Shown one piece after another: positions 32,914 through 37,810 of a stretch of 37,810 bases of DNA; position 1 is the first letter of the stretch; every line of letters starts with the position of its first letter. The stretch is from a virus (lineage: Duplodnaviria > Caudoviricetes): the IMG/VR virus record IMGVR_UViG_3300020045_000485, positions 1-37,810 of that record. The stretch is one strand, 5' to 3'. The notes beneath the pieces were generated by a model. It saw only the letters and a list, made by a program, of their open reading frames with translations. It had not been told where the DNA came from and searched no databases. Both the position numbers and the translations under genes were made by a program.

Positions 32914-34931
32914 TCTTTTTTATAAAATTTACTAACGAAGCCGTCCCCTCTCAGGGGTAAGTCCTTAGCCCACAACGGACTAATTAACATTATTTGCTCC
33001 ATATATTTAAGGGTGGCTTCGGCTTCTTCGGCCTTTGTCTCGGCCACGATTTCGTCGTGTACGTGCATGCGAAGGTCTAGGCTTCGTAAATTATACATGG
33101 ACTCGAATAGGCAATCCCTTGCAATCGCTTGGGTAATATTCTCGACTAATTTACCCCCGTAACTATCTTGCAAAACCCACGCCCCGCGCACTTGGTCGAG
33201 ACCGTAATAACATACTTTACCGCTTCGAAGGTTGGCCCCGTAGTACGACAAACGACGCCCGCTTGGTAACTCGATAAACAAAAAGCCACGGTCGTAAATA
33301 AAGGTTAACGAGGTGTATTTTAACTTAAGCGTGTAACGCCCGCGCTTTTCGATAACGTGTTTAACTGCCCCTTCGACCTTGCGCCATAGCTTTACGATTT
33401 CGGGGTTAGCGCGTCGCCACGCCTTAACGAGTGCGGGGATTTCTTCTTCGAGTATTCCTTCCCGAAGTGCGCCCATAGTTAGCATGGCCCCGACTGCGCC
33501 TTGGTACCCCAGTGCCAGCGTGGCGACTTTACCTTTAGCGCGCATGTCCGACCCCTTGGTTACGCTCTCGAACGGGACGTTAAACATATTGGCGGCGGTC
33601 GCTTCGTATATTTTACCGTGTGTTTTAAACACGTCCAAGACCCAGTCTTCGCCAGCCAGCCACGCAATAACGCGGGCTTCGATAGCGCTAAAATCACACA
33701 CGGCGAAGAGGTTACCCGCGGCGGGAACTATCGCCGTACGTACTAGCTTACTGATAACGTCGGGGACGTCGGTATAAATGGCGTCTGCGTGTCCACGGCG
33801 TACCGCTTCTTTAGCCGTCTCGAGCGAGTCGCCTATAAGTAAGGCTAGTTCGTCGTATGACACCCCCAAACGCGCGGCGGCCTTGGCGATGTCTTCCGAG
33901 TTGCTAAACGTTTTTTTAAGGTTTTGCGGTTGCACGCCCCTACCCGCTTCGCGTCCTGTGCGGTTGGCGCCGTAGAACTGGAAAAGCCCATGGTTTTTAC
34001 CGTCTCGGCAAAGATATGCCAGCATCTTGTCGTACTTGCTTATCGACGCTTTGCTCGCCAGCTTGCGCAGTTCGAACAGGCGGGCCACGTTCGGCGGATA
34101 GTCCGAAAGGTTTACGTCTAGGAAAAACTCTTTACTAAGGCTAGGGACGTCGAAGCCCTGCTCGAGTAACCACTTTTTAATCATTGGCATACTGTTAGGG
34201 TTCGACACCCCCGTAAGGCTTACGATTTCGGCGTGGGTGCGCTTTTGGAAACTGCGATTACTGGCGATAGCCGCAACAACAAACGACACGTCTATAGTAA
34301 CGCCCGCGGTATTAATGCGCTGGTCTAACGCCCAGTAGTTCCACTCTATCGCGGGGACTGGGGCGTATCTGTTCGCGTACTTGTCAATCGCCACTTCGAC
34401 GCGGACGTCTTGGGCGTTGTAGTCCTTAAATTCCTGCCACATTTCGGGCGCGTGGTGCGGAAGGTTCCGCGGTCTAAAGTCGTCCTTCTTGCGGGGTTTG
34501 GCTACGGGCTGGCAAAAGTATTTAATTAAAGCGCTACCGCGGGCGTCTTTTTGCTCGCTTAACCTCAACACTTTACTAACCTTATCCAGCGCGAGCGGAA
34601 GACCCAAGTAGGCCGCCATAATCATGGTGTCCCGCCATTGGTGCGGGTCGATGTCCAAGTCCCAGCCATACGCAAAGCACGCCATTTCAAACGCGGCGTT
34701 ATGCGCGAACTTTAGGACGTTGGGGTCTGTCAGTGCGTCGAAGACGTCGTCGGGTACCGCTTCGCCTTGGGCCAAGTCGATAACCACTTCGTCGCCGTCG
34801 TCGCCCCACTTGTACGCCAGTAACATAATTTCAAAGCTGGGGTCTTGCGTATAACGAAACGTTCCGACTGCGTCTTTACCCGTCAGCGGCAAGTCGCAAA
34901 AAGTTTCTAAGTCAATATGTAGACTTACCAT
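32910..34931 (-). CDS. polA: Family A DNA polymerase with 3'-5' exonuclease (Leu762 type)
   Basis: DLET, AHNAAFE and YN.QDV exonuclease motifs; DFSAIEAR (A), RAKGKVATLALGY (B), ENITQA and VHDEI (C). Start likely ATG 34931 rather than the track's 34955. Confidence 0.95.
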   Translation of the reverse strand: MVSLHIDLETFCDLPLTGKDAVGTFRYTQDPSFEIMLLAYKWGDDGDEVVIDLAQGEAVPDDVFDALTDPNVLKFAHNAAFEMACFAYGWDLDIDPHQWRDTMIMAAYLGLPLALDKVSKVLRLSEQKDARGSALIKYFCQPVAKPRKKDDFRPRNLPHHAPEMWQEFKDYNAQDVRVEVAIDKYANRYAPVPAIEWNYWALDQRINTAGVTIDVSFVVAAIASNRSFQKRTHAEIVSLTGVSNPNSMPMIKKWLLEQGFDVPSLSKEFFLDVNLSDYPPNVARLFELRKLASKASISKYDKMLAYLCRDGKNHGLFQFYGANRTGREAGRGVQPQNLKKTFSNSEDIAKAAARLGVSYDELALLIGDSLETAKEAVRRGHADAIYTDVPDVISKLVRTAIVPAAGNLFAVCDFSAIEARVIAWLAGEDWVLDVFKTHGKIYEATAANMFNVPFESVTKGSDMRAKGKVATLALGYQGAVGAMLTMGALREGILEEEIPALVKAWRRANPEIVKLWRKVEGAVKHVIEKRGRYTLKLKYTSLTFIYDRGFLFIELPSGRRLSYYGANLRSGKVCYYGLDQVRGAWVLQDSYGGKLVENITQAIARDCLFESMYNLRSLDLRMHVHDEIVAETKAEEAEATLKYMEQIMLISPLWAKDLPLRGDGFVSKFYKKD

Positions 34932-35197
34932 TTTACGTAAGCTATCCTTAAGCAAATGTCCGCCCAGTCTACCGACACCATCGCGACGGGTTCGTCGTCT
35001 TCCGCGTACACTATCGCCGCGGTATTGTCGGACAGAAACCGCAAGCCTAAATTTTTAAACTCTTTTAATCCCGTGTGCGCCGTAATCTGTGCTTTGAACT
35101 CGGCGACCTTAACGGGGTCTTTATAATACGCAGCCCATAGCGTGCGGATATTGTCTTCGACTGGGGCTTCTTTTTTCTTCGGTGCAAATTTGTTCAT
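34925..35197 (-). CDS. Hypothetical protein
   Basis: 90 aa with ATG after acatt; overlaps the polA start. Confidence 0.7.
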   Translation of the reverse strand: MNKFAPKKKEAPVEDNIRTLWAAYYKDPVKVAEFKAQITAHTGLKEFKNLGLRFLSDNTAAIVYAEDDEPVAMVSVDWADICLRIAYVKW

Positions 35198-35209
35198 AAT
35201 GTCAGGTAT

Positions 35210-35241
35210 AAAAAAAAGAGCGGCGTTACTGCCGCCCTTTT
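35210..35241 (-). terminator. Intrinsic terminator after SSB
   Basis: Minus strand gggcggc-agtaac-gccgctc followed by T8. Confidence 0.8.
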
Positions 35242-35253
35242 AAGGTTATTAAT

Positions 35254-35946
35254 TTACGCTTCGGGGAAGAACCAGTTAACCCCGCCGTCGTCGCTGTAAA
35301 TGTCCGCGCCGTCTGCGTCGTGCGCCCACTGTCTTGTCGGGGACGCCGTAGGCTTCGGCTTAGCTGGGGCAGTTGTTCGGGCGTTGGTCGTAGGTTGCTC
35401 GTCGTAATCGTCGTGCGTTGCTACGCTTCCGCCTAGCGCTTCGCCTTCTTTGATTAACTTAAGCGAGTTCAAGAAGAAACCAAAACCGCGATTTCCTGCT
35501 TTGCTAAATGAATAGCCAGTAAGTGAAGCGCGAACGTAATCGCCGCTTTTAATCTCGCTTAAGTCTATCATTTCATTACCGTCTTGGTCGAAGACTGCGG
35601 GCTGGCTTTTCGAACTTGCTTTTAAAAATAGCATGTTTTCAAACTCTACCGCGTCGGGGTGTTCTTCCAGCCAGTCGGCGCCGTCTCTTAAAGGCTTCCA
35701 CAACTTGTTCGAAGTGATAGGCAAGCCCTTGAACTTGCTTTCTTTGGCTTCGTTGTAAAGCGCTTTAATAATTGCGTCGTACGCTGCGACGTCTTGGCTG
35801 TTCGGGTCTATTAAAAACGTGCAGCTATATTTCGGCTCGCCGTCTGTCCCGTCTTCGTTTTTAAAAACTGCGGGGGTCTTAACCCATAGAAACGTCGCGC
35901 GGTGCGTGTCTCTTAATACAAATTTGAAAGGATTTACTTTTGACAT
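35254..35946 (-). CDS. Single-stranded DNA-binding protein (DUF2815 / T7 gp2.5-like)
   Basis: KYSCTFLI, PLRDG, FLKASS..QP, SGDYVRAS, GNRG.GF.LN and GEALGG motifs. Confidence 0.9.
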   Translation of the reverse strand: MSKVNPFKFVLRDTHRATFLWVKTPAVFKNEDGTDGEPKYSCTFLIDPNSQDVAAYDAIIKALYNEAKESKFKGLPITSNKLWKPLRDGADWLEEHPDAVEFENMLFLKASSKSQPAVFDQDGNEMIDLSEIKSGDYVRASLTGYSFSKAGNRGFGFFLNSLKLIKEGEALGGSVATHDDYDEQPTTNARTTAPAKPKPTASPTRQWAHDADGADIYSDDGGVNWFFPEA

Positions 35947-35951
35947 AATTT

Positions 35952-36236
35952 TTACTTTGTTAAATCGTTTTTACTGCGGGCCGTAATAAGTTGTCCGACC
36001 CAAATACCTAAGTTAATAACGTCCTGTCTAGTGGGTAGCGCCATATCTAAAATATGGGTAAAGTCTTCGCCGTTAATGTCGCTTTGCGCGTAGGCTTTGC
36101 CCCCGTCGCTGGCTTTCGGGTCTTTGTCGACCACCCCTATAAAGTACTTCACGTCTAACGCCGATAACTCGGCGGCGGCTTTGTCCATAACCTTACGGAT
36201 TTTAGCCTGTTTCTTTTCGTCTGCGGATAGTGCCAT
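35952..36236 (-). CDS. Hypothetical protein
   Basis: 94 aa between the nuclease and SSB genes, with an A-rich leader. Confidence 0.7.
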   Translation of the reverse strand: MALSADEKKQAKIRKVMDKAAAELSALDVKYFIGVVDKDPKASDGGKAYAQSDINGEDFTHILDMALPTRQDVINLGIWVGQLITARSKNDLTK

Positions 36237-36249
36237 AATTAAGATTAAA

Positions 36250-37440
36250 TTAAATAACGTCGTCTTCGTAATCGTTGTGCGCGGTTCGGCCTATCTCGGG
36301 CGCTGGGTCGTCCCAGTCCACAACTTTAGGCGCAAACTCCTTGTTAAAAATAACGGGTTCGAACACTTCCAAGAAACGCTTTTTACCGAGCATTTTTTCG
36401 ATGTCCGTAAGCGCGATTAATTCCGTGCGGAACAGTTTTTCGGTGTCGATATTGGCGCCCACTGCGGCGTCGATAACGTCGTCTTCACTGGTAAAGGTTC
36501 GACGGCTGCCACCTTCCACAAGTTTAAAGCCGTGGACGGTTTGCCCTGCTTGCATCTTGCGCGCGGTGTCTTCTTGCACCTTCTTAACCCAGCCCGTTAT
36601 AAGATTACCGAACGTAAGCACGGTTTCGAGTTCCTTTGCGGACATTGCGCGGCTGTCGTGGATTTTCTTAAGTTTCGCGAACGTGTCGAAATACTTTTTA
36701 CAAACCGTTTTCGCCTTGCAAAACTGGCAATGTGGCCCCGCTTTAAATTCGCCTTGTCCTGCGATTGCAAGGTTAGCGGCTGGCATAATCTCAAATTCCG
36801 CCCAGTTCAACAAATCCGCGACCGATATTTCGAAGCTGGTTTCGCCGCCACTTACGCGGGGTTGGAAAATGCTTATAACTACCGTTTCGGGTTTATACTT
36901 GGGGTCTTCGAGTAATGCCGCTCTTAAAGCGCCTAACCCGTAAAGCATGCCTTGGCGGTTCCTGTACGCTAGTACTCTCTTACCCGCCCCGTATTTGTAG
37001 TCATTCACGAATAAAACCCGCGGGGTCTTTACGGTGGCGTCGCTGGTTCCAAAACCTAACGGGACGTATTGGCCGAGGTCGAACTCCCGTTCTACTGAAA
37101 GAACGCCGTCGCTGCCTATTTGCGCCTTTACAAACGCCGCCCAGTCTTCCGCGTGGTCGAGCATAGCTTTAAACTCGAGGTCTGCGTCCTGCTCGGGATA
37201 ATTGGCCCCGTAAAACGCGAACACTTCCGCGGTTAGCCTGTCGAGTTCCTTAGCGAAATTACCTTTAAAAATGCCCGCTCGGTTTTCCAGTACAAAAGCC
37301 GCTATTTCGTGGGCGAGCGTACCTTCCCGAGCGAACGGGCTTTCTTCTTCGGTAATCTGTTCTTCGAACCTTGCCGACGGCGGACAGTTAACCCACTTAT
37401 CCGCCGAGGAAGGGCCTAAAATGGCGTGTCTAGTCGACAT
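36250..37440 (-). CDS. DUF2800 Cas4-like PD-(D/E)XK exonuclease
   Basis: HA.LGPS.A..W..CPPS, EGT.AH, FGTSD, DYKYG.G, Q..LY.LG, I.QPR and CQFC.....C (Fe-S cysteines). Confidence 0.9.
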   Translation of the reverse strand: MSTRHAILGPSSADKWVNCPPSARFEEQITEEESPFAREGTLAHEIAAFVLENRAGIFKGNFAKELDRLTAEVFAFYGANYPEQDADLEFKAMLDHAEDWAAFVKAQIGSDGVLSVEREFDLGQYVPLGFGTSDATVKTPRVLFVNDYKYGAGKRVLAYRNRQGMLYGLGALRAALLEDPKYKPETVVISIFQPRVSGGETSFEISVADLLNWAEFEIMPAANLAIAGQGEFKAGPHCQFCKAKTVCKKYFDTFAKLKKIHDSRAMSAKELETVLTFGNLITGWVKKVQEDTARKMQAGQTVHGFKLVEGGSRRTFTSEDDVIDAAVGANIDTEKLFRTELIALTDIEKMLGKKRFLEVFEPVIFNKEFAPKVVDWDDPAPEIGRTAHNDYEDDVI

Positions 37441-37810
37441 TCGGGAAGATGTCTTCTACCGCTTCGCCGTCGCTGTAGCGCGTCAAGACGTCGTTAAATT
37501 CTATGTAATACTGTGGGTCTAGCGTACTCACGCGGTCGGCACCGTAGGCAGCGACTAGCGCTTTAATGTCCGCGGTTTTCCCTTTTTTGGTGTGCTTAGT
37601 CGCGTGGGCTTTAAGCGCTTCCAATTGGTCGGCTTCGTCTAAGTCGGCGAAGTCCACGGCCACGGGTTTAGGGGCTGCCGCTCTTGGTGCTGGTGTAGCT
37701 GCGGGGGCTGCCGCTCTTGGTGCTGGTGTAGCTGCGGGGGCTGCCGCTCTTGGTGCTGGTGTAGCTGCGGGGGCTGCCGCTCTTGGTGCTGGTGTAGCTG
37801 CGGGGGCTGC
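37430..37810 (-). CDS. C-terminal part of RRP5-like protein (continuation of 268..1)
   Basis: Open frame from 37810 through the repeats into KPVAVDF...KGKTADIKALVAAYGADRVSTLDPQYY, the motif seen in genes preceding DUF2800. Confidence 0.85.
   Translation of the reverse strand, partial: AAPAATPAPRAAAPAATPAPRAAAPAATPAPRAAAPAATPAPRAAAPKPVAVDFADLDEADQLEALKAHATKHTKKGKTADIKALVAAYGADRVSTLDPQYYIEFNDVLTRYSDGEAVEDIFPNVD
37671..37810. repeat. 33-bp tandem repeat, about 4.2 copies; 37690-37810 duplicates 1-121
   Basis: Direct reading. Confidence 0.97.

Larger units (their letters stand above)
1..37810. mobile_element. Complete circularly permuted tailed phage genome (siphovirus-like, probable Bacteroidota host)
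   Basis: Terminase, portal, protease, capsid, tail tube, tape measure, lysis and replication genes are all present. Bases 1-121 are identical to 37690-37810, and one ORF reads in frame across the junction. Confidence 0.93.

Noticed and set aside
35198-35212. ttttTATACCTGacattATG as another late or early promoter
   Set aside because: It matches neither TAnnTTTG nor TATCTTTA well and is mostly the terminator U-tract. Left uncalled.
5708-36943. Many long antisense ORFs in the track (e.g. 5708..6352, 7257..7892, 10968..11558, 24965..25396, 36275..36943)
   Set aside because: They mirror the real genes codon for codon, are rich in Ser/Ala/Phe without motifs, and lack leaders. Codon bias of the sense genes explains them.
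36250-37440. Cas4-like gene as part of a CRISPR-Cas system
   Set aside because: There is no cas1, cas2 or array. The DUF2800-DUF2815-PolA arrangement is a standard phage replication module.
37690-37810. 121-bp terminal identity as a biological direct terminal repeat
   Set aside because: It falls mid-gene inside a tandem repeat and looks like an assembler overlap. The P22-gp3/PBSX-type terminase suggests headful packaging with permuted ends.
1-37810. Alternative genetic code, tRNA genes, introns or inteins
   Set aside because: Core genes are full-length and uninterrupted in the standard code with dense packing. No intergenic gap shows a cloverleaf, and PolA, TerL and the helicases are of normal size.

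Overview
The window is an apparently complete, circularly permuted genome of a tailed siphovirus-like phage. The first 121 bp equal the last 121 bp, giving a unit length of about 37,689 bp. The host is most likely in Bacteroidota, judged from four TTTG-N19-TAnnTTTG-type promoters, A-rich translation starts without Shine-Dalgarno sequences and BACON-like domains. The replication and recombination genes are an RRP5-like protein, a DUF2800 Cas4-like nuclease, a DUF2815 SSB, a Leu762 PolA, a stand-alone Topo VI-A/Spo11-like (Mini-A) protein, a primase-VirE helicase followed by an iteron-rich origin, a VRR-NUC nuclease and an SNF2 helicase. The genome also carries a sigma-like late regulator, a P22-gp3-like terS with PBSX-like terL, a lysis cassette split across both strands, a plus-strand island of small early genes, and head and tail genes in an unusual order. 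I found no integrase, repressor, tRNA, methyltransferase or CRISPR array. Several signals are not shown by the ORF track: a TATCTTTA-N4/5-ATG motif heading late operons (a one-base variant of the host -7 box that predicts leaderless mRNAs), a conserved terminator-promoter-GGTT(CAAH)n early module, a -1 frameshift with an 80+ codon dual-coded region in the tail chaperone gene, and near-complete GATC/CCGG/CCWGG avoidance. All product calls come from reading motifs by eye; no database searches were run.
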